From contig OZ255836.1 in the NCBI GenBank assembly GCA_965277715.1, forward strand, positions 2,272,001 through 2,336,000: a stretch of DNA of 64,000 nucleotides, given 5' to 3'. Shown in pieces: positions 30,818 through 40,496 of this stretch; the first letter of the stretch is position 1; every line of letters begins with the position of its first letter. The translations under genes and the position numbers were made by a program. This stretch comes from Gammaproteobacteria bacterium (GTDB taxonomy: Bacteria; Pseudomonadota; Gammaproteobacteria; JBCCGL01). The notes below the pieces were generated by a model. The model made no database searches. It had not been told where the DNA came from and saw only the letters and a program-made list of their open reading frames with translations.

Positions 30818-32527
30818 ATGCGCATATCACAGTTTCATCTCACCACGATTAAGGAAACCCCCGCTGACGCTGAAATCATCAGCCATAAGCTGATGCTGCG
30901 CGCCGGGCTGATCAAACGGCTGTCCTCTGGTTTGTATAGCTGGATGCCATTGGGCATGCGTGTCATGCGCAAGGTGGAAGCCATCGTTCGCGAGGAGATG
31001 AACGTGGCTGGCGCCGTCGAACTGCTGATGCCCGCCGTACAACCGGCCGATTTATGGGAAGAATCGGGTCGCTGGAGCCAGTTCGGCCCCGAGTTGCTGC
31101 GCTTTAAAGACCGGGGCCATCGCGACTGCTGCCTTGGCCCCACCCACGAGGAGGTCGTCACCGACATCGCCCGCCGCGATATAAAAAGCTATAAGCAACT
31201 GCCCGTTAACTTTTACCAGATCCAAACAAAATTCCGTGATGAAATCCGCCCACGGTTTGGCGTCATGCGCTCACGCGAATTTATTATGAAAGACGCCTAC
31301 TCATTTGGCATCAATCAGGCGGCACTCAAGCAATCATTTGAGTCGATGTATACCGCCTACAGCACAATCTTTACCCGCCTTGGCCTGACCTTTCGCGCTG
31401 TCGAGGCTGACAGTGGCGCAATTGGTGGCAGTGGTTCCAAGGAATTTCACGTACTGGCAGACAGTGGTGAAGATGCCGTGGTGTTTTCCACTGAAGGTGA
31501 GTACGCCGCCAATATAGAAAAGGCCGAAGCCGTGTGCAGTGACACACGCGGTGAGCCAGAGGGGGCCATGCACTTGGTGGATACGCCGGATGCAAAGACT
31601 ATCGCCAGCCTGGTTGAACAATTTCAGTTGCCAATTGAGCGCACCGTAAAAACACTGATAGTGGCAGCATCGGATGAAGTCGACAGCAATCTTATCGCTC
31701 TATTAGTGCGCGGCGACCATGAACTCAACGAGGTTAAAGCGGGCAACCTGCGCGATGTGGCGAGCCCATTGCGTTTTGCTGAAGAGGCCGAAATCCGTGC
31801 TGCTATCGGCGCTGGCCCTGGCTCACTGGGGCCGGTCAACCTGCCCATTCCCTGCGTTGTCGATCACAGCGTGGCGGCAATGGCGAATTTTGGGGCAGGC
31901 GCCAATATCGACCACAAACACTATTTTAATATTAACTGGGGCCGCGATTTACCCGAACCGCAAACGGCAGATTTGCGCAATGTTGTCGACGGGGACCCCA
32001 GCCCGGACGGTGTCGGTACACTGCACATCGCACGCGGCATCGAAGTGGGACACATCTTCCAGCTCGGCACCAAATACAGCGAGGCAATGCACGCTAACGT
32101 ACTCGACGAATCAGGCAAGCCCACGCCGATGTGGATGGGCTGTTACGGCATTGGCGTCACCCGTGTGGTCGCTGCCGCTATCGAACAAAATCACGACGAT
32201 AAAGGCATTATATGGCCACCGGCAATGGCGCCGTTCCAGGTGGTGCTGGTGCCGATTAATATGCACAAATCAGCGCGCCTGCACGACGCCGTGGAAACCC
32301 TTTACCAGGCTATGCGCACAGCCGGTATCGACGTGTTGCTGGACGATCGCAATGCGCGTCCCGGTGTGATGTTTGCGGATATGGAATTGATCGGTATTCC
32401 ACACCGCGTGGTGGTATCTGATAAGGGGCTGGATAAAAACAGCGTCGAGTATAAAGGCCGTTGTGACGCCTCATCGCAGGACATTCCACTCGATCAAATC
32501 ATCCAACACCTGACAGCACAACGCTAA
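30818..32527 (+). CDS. proS: Proline--tRNA ligase
   Basis: [33 protein letters not shown]; editing insertion present. Confidence 0.98.
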   Translation: MRISQFHLTTIKETPADAEIISHKLMLRAGLIKRLSSGLYSWMPLGMRVMRKVEAIVREEMNVAGAVELLMPAVQPADLWEESGRWSQFGPELLRFKDRGHRDCCLGPTHEEVVTDIARRDIKSYKQLPVNFYQIQTKFRDEIRPRFGVMRSREFIMKDAYSFGINQAALKQSFESMYTAYSTIFTRLGLTFRAVEADSGAIGGSGSKEFHVLADSGEDAVVFSTEGEYAANIEKAEAVCSDTRGEPEGAMHLVDTPDAKTIASLVEQFQLPIERTVKTLIVAASDEVDSNLIALLVRGDHELNEVKAGNLRDVASPLRFAEEAEIRAAIGAGPGSLGPVNLPIPCVVDHSVAAMANFGAGANIDHKHYFNINWGRDLPEPQTADLRNVVDGDPSPDGVGTLHIARGIEVGHIFQLGTKYSEAMHANVLDESGKPTPMWMGCYGIGVTRVVAAAIEQNHDDKGIIWPPAMAPFQVVLVPINMHKSARLHDAVETLYQAMRTAGIDVLLDDRNARPGVMFADMELIGIPHRVVVSDKGLDKNSVEYKGRCDASSQDIPLDQIIQHLTAQR

Positions 32528-32538
32528 ACGGAGCGGAC

Positions 32539-33543
32539 ATGCCCATCGAAAAAAAATCCTTTATCTACCTCTCCCGTTCAACCCTTGAGGGGCTTGGTAT
32601 CACCACCGAACAGGCTATTGGGCGGCTTGAAAAGTTAATTCTGGATAGTCGCGACCTGGATAGTAGCGACCTGGACAATAACAGCAAGAGTGTATGGAGT
32701 GCGCCTAAAGCAGCCATATCAACCCATGATGGCCGCTATATGATGGCGACGCTCTCAGCCAGTGACGATCCGCAGTTGCTCGCGGTCAAATCCCTGATCG
32801 TCAACCCGCGCAACCCACAGCGCGGGCTGGACAGCATCAACGCCACCATTACTCTGCTGGACAGTGATACCGGCTTACCGGTTGCCGTAATGGATGGCAA
32901 CTGGGTAACCGCCGTGCGCACCGCTTGTGCCAGTGCCATTGCCGCCAAACGATTGGCCAATGAAGATGCCCGCTCAATCGCTTTTATCGGCTGCGGTGTA
33001 CAGGCACACAGCCACCTGAAAGTGTTTTGTGACCTGTTTCCTATCGAGGAAATTCGCGCCTTTGGGCGTGGCAGCAAAAACCGTGATGCCCTGTGCGCAA
33101 CCGCACAGGGTATGGGGTTGAATGCAATCGCCAGTGATACGCCACAGCGGGCAGTTGAAGATGCCGATATTATCGTTACTTCAATCAGCATAAGTTCCAC
33201 CGATGATCCCTTTATCGACGCACGCTGGCTGAAACCAGGCGCTTTTGCAGCGGTAACCGATTTGGCTATCCCGTGGATGGACGCAAGCATGACCGCCTTT
33301 GACCGCATTGTTATCGACGATCTGGCCCAGGAAATGGCCATGCCCAAACCAATGGTCGATACCCAGTTAGTGCAGGGCGATATTACCGGGCTGGTCAGTA
33401 ATACCGTCGAGGGCCGACAGCACCATAATGAGCGCTGTGCATTTGTATTTCGCGCCGTGGTGCTCGGCGATCTTGCACTGGCTAGCCTGGCGTATGAAAG
33501 GGCTTCTGACACATCGAGCGGACGGGCAATCGATACAGCCTGA
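32539..33543 (+). CDS. Ornithine cyclodeaminase / mu-crystallin family protein
   Basis: TAVRTA, IGCGVQA, WLKPG. Confidence 0.88.
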   Translation: MPIEKKSFIYLSRSTLEGLGITTEQAIGRLEKLILDSRDLDSSDLDNNSKSVWSAPKAAISTHDGRYMMATLSASDDPQLLAVKSLIVNPRNPQRGLDSINATITLLDSDTGLPVAVMDGNWVTAVRTACASAIAAKRLANEDARSIAFIGCGVQAHSHLKVFCDLFPIEEIRAFGRGSKNRDALCATAQGMGLNAIASDTPQRAVEDADIIVTSISISSTDDPFIDARWLKPGAFAAVTDLAIPWMDASMTAFDRIVIDDLAQEMAMPKPMVDTQLVQGDITGLVSNTVEGRQHHNERCAFVFRAVVLGDLALASLAYERASDTSSGRAIDTA

Positions 33544-33573
33544 CTTTTTTGACGCTATCCACCAGGAACGACA

Positions 33574-33972
33574 ATGTCGCTTACAAATGGTATCAACCAC
33601 CTTGGCCTCGCGGTGCGTAACCTTGAAGATAGCCGCGACTTCTTTGTTACGCATTTAGGTTGGCAGGCGTCAGGCTATGACCCCCGTTACCCACGAATCG
33701 CCGTCAGCGATGGCGTGGTTCGATTAACCCTGTGGCAGATTGACGAAACCCAGCCAACCCACGACTTCAATATGCGCAGCAATATCGGCCTGCACCACCT
33801 GGCGCTGGAAATCGCCGATCAGGACACCTTATATACCCTGGCAGAACAATTGGCCGCTGTAGAAAATGTCACTATCGAGTTCATGCCGGAACCGATGGGC
33901 GATGGCCCGCGCAAGCACTTTATCTGTTATGAGCCCGGCGGTATACGTATTGAATTTACCTGGCCGGGATAA
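33574..33972 (+). CDS. VOC/glyoxalase family protein
   Basis: GINHLGLAV, GLHHLAL, EPGGIRIEF. Confidence 0.9.
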   Translation: MSLTNGINHLGLAVRNLEDSRDFFVTHLGWQASGYDPRYPRIAVSDGVVRLTLWQIDETQPTHDFNMRSNIGLHHLALEIADQDTLYTLAEQLAAVENVTIEFMPEPMGDGPRKHFICYEPGGIRIEFTWPG

Positions 33973-33981
33973 AGTATTGGC

Positions 33982-35172
33982 ATGTCTATACAGGAAAAAC
34001 TGCGCCGCATAGCGCTAGACCAACAAGGGCTGTTGAAAAACAAACCCTTCGGCAACGGCCAACAAGCGGTACTACGCGCACTCCAGCAGCTCGCCTACGT
34101 GCAGATAGACACGATCTCCGTGGTCGAGCGCGCTCACCACCATATATTGTGGTCACGCATTCCACACTACCAGCCAGGATTTCTGGAAAAATTAGTTGCC
34201 AGTAGAGCCGTTTTTGAATACTGGTTTCACGCCGCTTCCTGGTTGCCGATGCGTGATTACCGCTTCGCCTTGCCGCGTATGCAAGCCATCAAAGAGGGCG
34301 AGCGGCATTGGTTTGAAAACAGCGACAAAAAGTTGATGCGCCATATCCTCGACCGCGTGCGCGGAGAAGGCCCTTTGCGCACCCGCGATTTTGCCGATAC
34401 ACGCCAGGGGAAAAAAGAATGGTGGGACTGGAAACCCGCCAAACAAGCCCTCGAACAACTCTTTATGCAGGGGGAGTTGATGGCGAGTGGGCGGGAGGGG
34501 TTTCAAAAAATCTACGATATACCGGAACGCGTACTCCCCGAGTGGGTTGATACCCGCAAACCATCGCTGGATGAATACGCCAACCACCTTATCGATGCCA
34601 CCCTACAAGCACATGGCTTTGCAACGCAAAAAACCATGACCTATTTGCGCAAGGGTCGAGCGCTGCGTGAAGCCGTGAGCAAACAATTACAACAGCGGGT
34701 CGACGCCAAGCAATTGGAGGCAATCAGTTTGGCAGCGAATACCACCGCCTATATTGATGCTGAAAAACTGGCAACCCGCGCACCGAGAAGCAGCGCCACG
34801 GCAAAGATACTCTCCCCTTTTGACAATCTACTGATACAACGCGAACGGGCGCGCACTGTATTTGCGTTCGACTATCAAATCGAGTGCTATGTGCCTGCAC
34901 CCAAACGGCAGTTTGGTTACTTCTGCCTACCCATTTTATACCGCGACCAACTCGTTGGGCGGGTCGACTGCAAGGCACACCGCAAGGAAAAGCGCCTGGA
35001 ACTCAAATCACTCTATATAGAGAAGCCGGTCGATGATGGCTTTTCCTGTGCAATAGCTGCGACCATTATTGGCTTTGCCCGTTTCAACCAGTGCGATGAG
35101 ATTACCCTGACAAAAACACGGCCAACACACTGGCGGAACGAGATTAAAATGGCACTTGCAACCGACTTATGA
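33982..35172 (+). CDS. ycaQ: YcaQ/AlkZ-family crosslink-repair DNA glycosylase
   Basis: VQIDTISVVERAH (QxD), FEYWFH, LSPFDN, IECYVP..KR.FGY. Confidence 0.88.
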   Translation: MSIQEKLRRIALDQQGLLKNKPFGNGQQAVLRALQQLAYVQIDTISVVERAHHHILWSRIPHYQPGFLEKLVASRAVFEYWFHAASWLPMRDYRFALPRMQAIKEGERHWFENSDKKLMRHILDRVRGEGPLRTRDFADTRQGKKEWWDWKPAKQALEQLFMQGELMASGREGFQKIYDIPERVLPEWVDTRKPSLDEYANHLIDATLQAHGFATQKTMTYLRKGRALREAVSKQLQQRVDAKQLEAISLAANTTAYIDAEKLATRAPRSSATAKILSPFDNLLIQRERARTVFAFDYQIECYVPAPKRQFGYFCLPILYRDQLVGRVDCKAHRKEKRLELKSLYIEKPVDDGFSCAIAATIIGFARFNQCDEITLTKTRPTHWRNEIKMALATDL

Positions 35173-36707
35173 CAACAACACGCCAGAATATACTGCTCAT
35201 TACCTCAGACCAGTGGCGGGGCGACTGTCTCTCTGCACTCGACCATCCCTGTATCCAAACACCACACTACGACGCGTTGATTAAAGATGGCATATTGTTT
35301 CGCAACCACTATTCAGTGTGCGCCCCCTGCGCCCCTGCACGTGCCAGCCTGCTCACCGGCCTGTACCAGCAAAATCACCGTGTAGTGCGCAATGGCACGC
35401 CATTGGATCACCGTCACACCAACCTCGCCCAGCAACTGCGCGCCGCAGGCTACCAACCGACTTTGTTCGGCTATACCGATACCAGCCTCGACCCGCGTGT
35501 GCACAGCGAAACCACCGTCACCCGACACGGTTACGAAAATATACTGCCAGGGTTTGACGAAGGCCTGCTATTGGTCGAAGGCGACCCACAGCCCTGGTTA
35601 CAACATTTACGCGATCAAGGCTATGATTTTGCAAACGCAGACCAAGCCTTTGCCGCTGTTGAAAACTACCCAGGCAGTGCAGCACGCGGCAAAAGCTTTG
35701 CCCCACCCAGGTTTCGTGACGAGCACTCACAAACGGCGTTTTTAACTCATAAAACCATTGAGTATATCGATACAGCGGCGCCAGGGTGGTGTGTGCACCT
35801 CTCATACCTGCGACCACACCCTCCGTTCATTGCCACTGAACCCTGGAACACACGCTACCACCCAGATCAAGTACCGCTCCCCGTGCGCGCACCACAGGTT
35901 GAACAAGAAGCCGAACACCCCTGGTTAAAAGCGGCACTCAGCGATCAGGGTGATTGGTTTGCAGCGTGGATTCGCGACGCCATCGGCAGCGAACACTACG
36001 AGCGGGAAATGCGCCAGCTGCGCGCCACCTACTATGGGTTGATCAGCAAGGTCGACCACGCTATTGGCCAGTTGATCGAATACCTAAAAGCCACCCATCA
36101 GTACAACAATACCCTGATCGTACTGACCGCCGACCATGGTGAACTACTGGGTGATCACTGGTTATTTGGTAAGCGCGGTTATTTTGATTCCAGCTACCAT
36201 ATCCCGCTTATTATCCGTGACCCACAACAGACAGACAACTTGCGCGGGCGTATCGAACCGGCGTTCACCGAATCGGTTGATGTTATGCCGACAATTCTCG
36301 ACACACTGGGACTCCCCATTCCGAGGCAATGCGATGGCCGATCACTGCTACCGTTTTTAGCCAACGCCCCGCCGAAAGATTGGAGAAAGGAATTGCATTG
36401 GGAGTACGATTTTCGCGATGTAAGCAATGATGCACTGGAAAAAACATTGGGTATCGAAATGGACGAGTGCCAACTAAACGTAATTCGCGACCAGCATTAC
36501 AAATACGTCCATTTCACGCATTTACCGCCGCTAATGTTCGATTTGGAAAAAGATCCGCAAGAACTCAACAACCTTATCGACCACCCCGACTACGCCAGCA
36601 TAGCGCTCAGCCTATCGCAAAAAATGCTGTCGTGGCGTATGCGCAACGATGAGCGCACACTGACACATATCGACGTATCGCGGCAAGGAATCTACCGGCG
36701 AACATAA
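35169..36707 (+). CDS. Sulfatase-superfamily hydrolase (phosphonate monoester hydrolase-like)
   Basis: NILLITSDQWR, CAPARASLLTG (CxPxR), RPHPP, ADHGE.LGDH; ATGA overlap with ycaQ. Confidence 0.88.
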   Translation: MTTTRQNILLITSDQWRGDCLSALDHPCIQTPHYDALIKDGILFRNHYSVCAPCAPARASLLTGLYQQNHRVVRNGTPLDHRHTNLAQQLRAAGYQPTLFGYTDTSLDPRVHSETTVTRHGYENILPGFDEGLLLVEGDPQPWLQHLRDQGYDFANADQAFAAVENYPGSAARGKSFAPPRFRDEHSQTAFLTHKTIEYIDTAAPGWCVHLSYLRPHPPFIATEPWNTRYHPDQVPLPVRAPQVEQEAEHPWLKAALSDQGDWFAAWIRDAIGSEHYEREMRQLRATYYGLISKVDHAIGQLIEYLKATHQYNNTLIVLTADHGELLGDHWLFGKRGYFDSSYHIPLIIRDPQQTDNLRGRIEPAFTESVDVMPTILDTLGLPIPRQCDGRSLLPFLANAPPKDWRKELHWEYDFRDVSNDALEKTLGIEMDECQLNVIRDQHYKYVHFTHLPPLMFDLEKDPQELNNLIDHPDYASIALSLSQKMLSWRMRNDERTLTHIDVSRQGIYRRT

Positions 36708-36782
36708 GTAATGTAATCCCCAAAGCCCTTTGTTGAGCAGCGGCTATGGATGGCGCATTTTGGGTCACTGACTGCAATATCG

Positions 36783-37059
36783 CTCCCTAAAAACGCAGGT
36801 GCTTTACCGATTCCCCCGAATCGATCAGTTCACGCAGGGCATCAATGCCGATTTTCAAGTGTGTTTCAACATGATCAGCCGTCACCTTGTCGTCGCTTTT
36901 AGCGGTTTTGACCCCCTCCGGCTGCATGGGCATATCAGACACTAATAACAAAGCACCGTGAGGGATTTTATTGGCAAAGCCGACGATAAACAGGGTCGCG
37001 GTTTCCATATCGATAACGGATACGCGGATCTTCTTTAGGTATTCCTTGAACACCACATC
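36783..37059 (-). pseudogene. Duplicated 3' third of amn (direct repeat of 37912-38188)
   Basis: About 277 bp with about 14 mismatches by manual count; includes the stop codon; offset 1129 bp. Confidence 0.95.
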
Positions 37060-37125
37060 ATTCGCTTCTTAACGGAACAGTTGCGATGTTGTACCCATAT
37101 TTAGGGGTACATATTAATTTTGCCA

Positions 37126-37530
37126 TTATCTAAAAGGGTTGCAAATACGCAGCTTTTTTTCAATCATTAAGTTGTGTTGCATATCTTCCGAATATAATAT
37201 TTCGCAATTCGTAATCAGTGCAACTGATACAATCATTGCGTCATAAACACTCAGTTGATAACGTTCTGCTAGAAATCTACCTTTATCATGCGCCTCAAGC
37301 GTTAACGGTTTTACGGTGCATAAAGAGCATATCAGTAACAAAAATTCATTGATTTTCTCCCACGGCATGGAGAACTTGCGGCGAGTTACGTTGACGATTT
37401 CATTCAATACCAGAACACTGATTATCCCACCGAGCTTGACAGTGGCTTCAGCACGGTTAGCTTTCTCTTCGTTATCTGATAGTAGGTATAATAAAATATT
37501 GGTGTCGAAAAACACCTTAGTTGCGCGCAT
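37126..37530 (-). CDS. vapC: VapC PIN-domain toxin
   Basis: FFDTNILLY, LNE, YDAMIV, LYSEDM; start at 37530 overlaps the antitoxin stop. Confidence 0.92.
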   Translation of the reverse strand: MRATKVFFDTNILLYLLSDNEEKANRAEATVKLGGIISVLVLNEIVNVTRRKFSMPWEKINEFLLLICSLCTVKPLTLEAHDKGRFLAERYQLSVYDAMIVSVALITNCEILYSEDMQHNLMIEKKLRICNPFR

Positions 37531-37750
37531 TGGCGTATTCCCTGTCAAATTTAAAATCGGCAGGTAGTTTCCCTCGAAACGACCGTAACCGTGCAAGTAA
37601 ATCTTCGTTATCGGTTTTTTTTGCTATTTGGAAGACTCTCGTATCCGCCACCACAATTTCAATATCATCCCCCGGACGTAGTTCCAATGCCTGCACAACT
37701 GGATTAGGCAGCCTGACGGCCAGACTATTGCCCCACTTAGAAACTCGCAT
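37517..37750 (-). CDS. vapB: AbrB/MazE-type antitoxin
   Basis: KWGNSLAVRLP; 77 aa; upstream of and overlapping the PIN gene. Confidence 0.92.
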   Translation of the reverse strand: MRVSKWGNSLAVRLPNPVVQALELRPGDDIEIVVADTRVFQIAKKTDNEDLLARLRSFRGKLPADFKFDREYANARN

Positions 37751-37763
37751 GATATTCTCTTAA

Positions 37764-37786
37764 GATATACATTATGAATGTATATC
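37764..37786. promoter_or_regulatory. Probable vapBC operator
   Basis: Perfect 10-bp inverted repeat gatatacatt-atg-aatgtatatc, 13 bp upstream of the vapB start. Confidence 0.75.
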
Positions 37787-37915
37787 ATATCCTCGTGATA
37801 CCTCAACGGGAAGCCTTCTTTAAAAGAACAAGGGGTTAAATATATTTAATAGTATTTAAAATATGCTATGACCCTGAAATGTATACCCAATCAATCATAA
37901 CCGAAGAATTACTCC

Positions 37916-38686
37916 CTAAAAACGCAGGTGCTTTACTGATTCCCCCGAATCGATCAGTTCGCGCAGGGCATCAATGCCGATTTTCAAGTGCATTTCGACG
38001 TGATCAGCCGTCACCTTGTCGTCGCTTTTAGCGGTCTTGACCCCCTCCGGCTGCATGGGCATATCAGACACTAATAACAAGGCACCGTGAGGAATTTTGT
38101 TGGCAAAGCCGACGATAAACAGGGTCGCGGTTTCCATATCGATACCGGCTACGCGGATCTTTTTTAGGTATTCCTTGAACGCCACATCGTGCTCCCATAC
38201 GCGCCGGTTGGTGGTGTACACCGCACCTGTCCAGTAGTCCCGCTGGGTTTTTCTAATACTGTGCGATACTGCCATTTGCAGGCGAAACGATGGCAGCGCC
38301 GGAATTTCTGCGGGCATATAGTCATTGCCAGTCCCCTCACCGCGAATCGCGGCAATCGGCAGGATAAAATCACCAATGGCGATTTTTTTCTTCAGACCAC
38401 CGCATTTACCGAGAAACAACACCGCCTTGGGCCGGATAGCGCTGAGCAAATCCATCACCGTCGCTGCCAGCGGGCTGCCCATACCAAAATCGATAATGCT
38501 GATGTTGTTAGCAGTGGCCGATTGCATGGGCCGCCCTTCACCGGCAATAGGCACAGCGTAGTATTGGCTAAACAATTCCACGTAGTGGTGAAAATTAGTC
38601 AGCAGAATATATTCACCAAAGGTCGATTTTTCCACTCCGGTATAGCGCGGCAGCCAGTTGTCGACGATCTCGCTTTTGGTTTCCAC
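37916..38686 (-). CDS. amn: AMP nucleosidase (short type)
   Basis: NWLPRYTG, YILLTNF, FGMGS, LGKCGGL, IDMETAT, SVKHLRF. Confidence 0.92.
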   Translation of the reverse strand: METKSEIVDNWLPRYTGVEKSTFGEYILLTNFHHYVELFSQYYAVPIAGEGRPMQSATANNISIIDFGMGSPLAATVMDLLSAIRPKAVLFLGKCGGLKKKIAIGDFILPIAAIRGEGTGNDYMPAEIPALPSFRLQMAVSHSIRKTQRDYWTGAVYTTNRRVWEHDVAFKEYLKKIRVAGIDMETATLFIVGFANKIPHGALLLVSDMPMQPEGVKTAKSDDKVTADHVEMHLKIGIDALRELIDSGESVKHLRF

Positions 38687-38731
38687 AATCAGTTGTCTCT
38701 GTAGGGCGATAAACCCAATAGCGGGCGGATG

Positions 38732-39916
38732 CTACTTCTTAATCTGTAGCTTGCGCGGCACATCCGCCAGGGTTTCGACCCCGGTTTCGGTGATGCGGAT
38801 GCTCTCGGTAATTTCCAGCCCCCAGTCGTCCACCCACAGGCCCGGCATAAAGTGAAAACACATATTGGGCTGTAACACCGATTGATCACCGGCGCGAAAG
38901 CTCATGGTGCGCTCGCCCCAGTCTGGAGGGTAACTCATCCCAATCGAATAGCCTGTGCGGCTCTCTTTTTCAAACCCGTGCTTTTTCAGCGTGGCGAAGA
39001 AGGCGTTGGCAATATCTTCACAGCGATTGCCCGGCCTGGCGGCGGCGAGGCCGACCTCAACGCCTTCCAGCACCGCCTGCTCGGCATCGAGCATTTTTTG
39101 TGGTGGGGTGCCGAGGTAGATGGTGCGTGACAGCGGGCAGTGATAGTGCCGGTGCACACCGCCCAGCTCAAAGAACGTGCCTTCGTTAGGGCGGATGGGT
39201 TTATCATCCCAGGTAAGGTGGGCAGCGCTGGCGTCGATACCCGAGGGCAATAATGGCACGATACCGGGGTAGTCCCCCCCGTGGCCTTCGGCGCCGACGA
39301 TGCTGGTGTGGTAGATTTCAGCCACCAGGTCATTCTTGCGCATACCCGGTTCAAACAATTCCAACACGCGGGCGTGCATTTTTTCCACAATACGCGCCGC
39401 GCGTCGCATATACACAATCTCCTGCTCTGATTTAATTGCCCGCTGCCAGTTGACCAGGCCCGTGGCATCCACCAATGTGGCGTTTGGCAGCGCCTCACAC
39501 AAGCTTACATAGGCACGGGCGCTGAAGTAGTAGTTGTCCATTTCCACGCCGATACGCAGCGCATCCCAACCACGGGCGGGGAGCACTTCTTCCGCCATCC
39601 AGGTCATCGCGTGTAGAGGTGGGTTTTGCACCAGGTGATCCGGGTAGCCGATGATGTTCTCGTGTGCCATAAACGTGGTGCGTGTGGCGCCCACCGCGTC
39701 CATACCCCGGCCAACGTATACCGGCTCGCCCTGCATCGCCAGTAACACACATTCGTGTGTGTAAAAAGACCAGCCATCGTAGCCGGTCAACCAGGCCTTA
39801 TTTGATGGGTCGTAGACTATCAGCAGCTCCACCCCGGCCTGCGCCATCGCGGCGCGGGTTTTGGCGATGCGTTGTTGGTATTCCCCGTGGGAAAAGTTTA
39901 GTTCTATATCGGGCAT
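38732..39916 (-). CDS. M24-family hydrolase, ectoine hydrolase DoeA/EutD-like
   Basis: WLTGYDGWSFY, LVNWQRAIKS, GGDYP, AHLTW, YPPDWGERTMS; likely start MPDIEL at 39916. Confidence 0.85.
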   Translation of the reverse strand: MPDIELNFSHGEYQQRIAKTRAAMAQAGVELLIVYDPSNKAWLTGYDGWSFYTHECVLLAMQGEPVYVGRGMDAVGATRTTFMAHENIIGYPDHLVQNPPLHAMTWMAEEVLPARGWDALRIGVEMDNYYFSARAYVSLCEALPNATLVDATGLVNWQRAIKSEQEIVYMRRAARIVEKMHARVLELFEPGMRKNDLVAEIYHTSIVGAEGHGGDYPGIVPLLPSGIDASAAHLTWDDKPIRPNEGTFFELGGVHRHYHCPLSRTIYLGTPPQKMLDAEQAVLEGVEVGLAAARPGNRCEDIANAFFATLKKHGFEKESRTGYSIGMSYPPDWGERTMSFRAGDQSVLQPNMCFHFMPGLWVDDWGLEITESIRITETGVETLADVPRKLQIKK

Positions 39917-39962
39917 TATATTTTTTCTCTGTGTTGATGTGGCAACCACTACCAAATAAGGA

Positions 39963-40451
39963 TTACAAGGCCAGCACCCCCTGCCGGGCGCCCTCCAGGT
40001 TCAATAAAAAATGCTTGGTTGGCAGTCCGCCTCCAAAGCCCGTCAGGCGGCCATTATGACCGATGACCCGGTGACAGGGCACAATAATGGGGAGTGGGTT
40101 GCTGCCGTTTGCCGCCCCCACCGCCCGCACTGCCTTGGGTTTGTCTATCTGCCGGGCAATTTCGCCGTAACTGCGCGTTTCACCGTAGGGAATCGTTTGC
40201 AGTGCCTGCCACACAGCGCATTGAAATGCTGTGCCGACCGGCGCCAGGTCGAGTGAAAAAACCGTTAATTCGCCGTCGAAGTAAGCGCGTAACTGTTCTA
40301 TGGCGGCGGCAAAGAGTGCCGTCGACTCGGCCCAGTCATCGCTGTGTACCCGCTTTTTATGGCCCTCTGGGAAGCTGAGTATCCTCAGACCTGCATCATC
40401 CCCCGCCAGTAGGAGTTTGCCCACCGGGCTATCGTAGTAGGTGTAATGCAT
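39963..40451 (-). CDS. ogt: Methylated-DNA--protein-cysteine methyltransferase
   Basis: GTAFQ..VW, RAVGAANG.NP, PCHRV. Confidence 0.95.
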   Translation of the reverse strand: MHYTYYDSPVGKLLLAGDDAGLRILSFPEGHKKRVHSDDWAESTALFAAAIEQLRAYFDGELTVFSLDLAPVGTAFQCAVWQALQTIPYGETRSYGEIARQIDKPKAVRAVGAANGSNPLPIIVPCHRVIGHNGRLTGFGGGLPTKHFLLNLEGARQGVLAL

Positions 40452-40496
40452 ATTGGCCTCCCCTGATGTACAGTTTTGTTCATGTAATTGCGGTGA

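Noticed and set aside
32736-33512. 258-aa antisense ORF and similar shadow ORFs across the window
   Set aside because: They lie opposite well-supported genes and have no recognisable motifs.
36783-38188. DGR template/variable repeat pair at the amn 3' end
   Set aside because: Mismatches are mixed transitions rather than adenine-specific, and there is no reverse transcriptase in the window.
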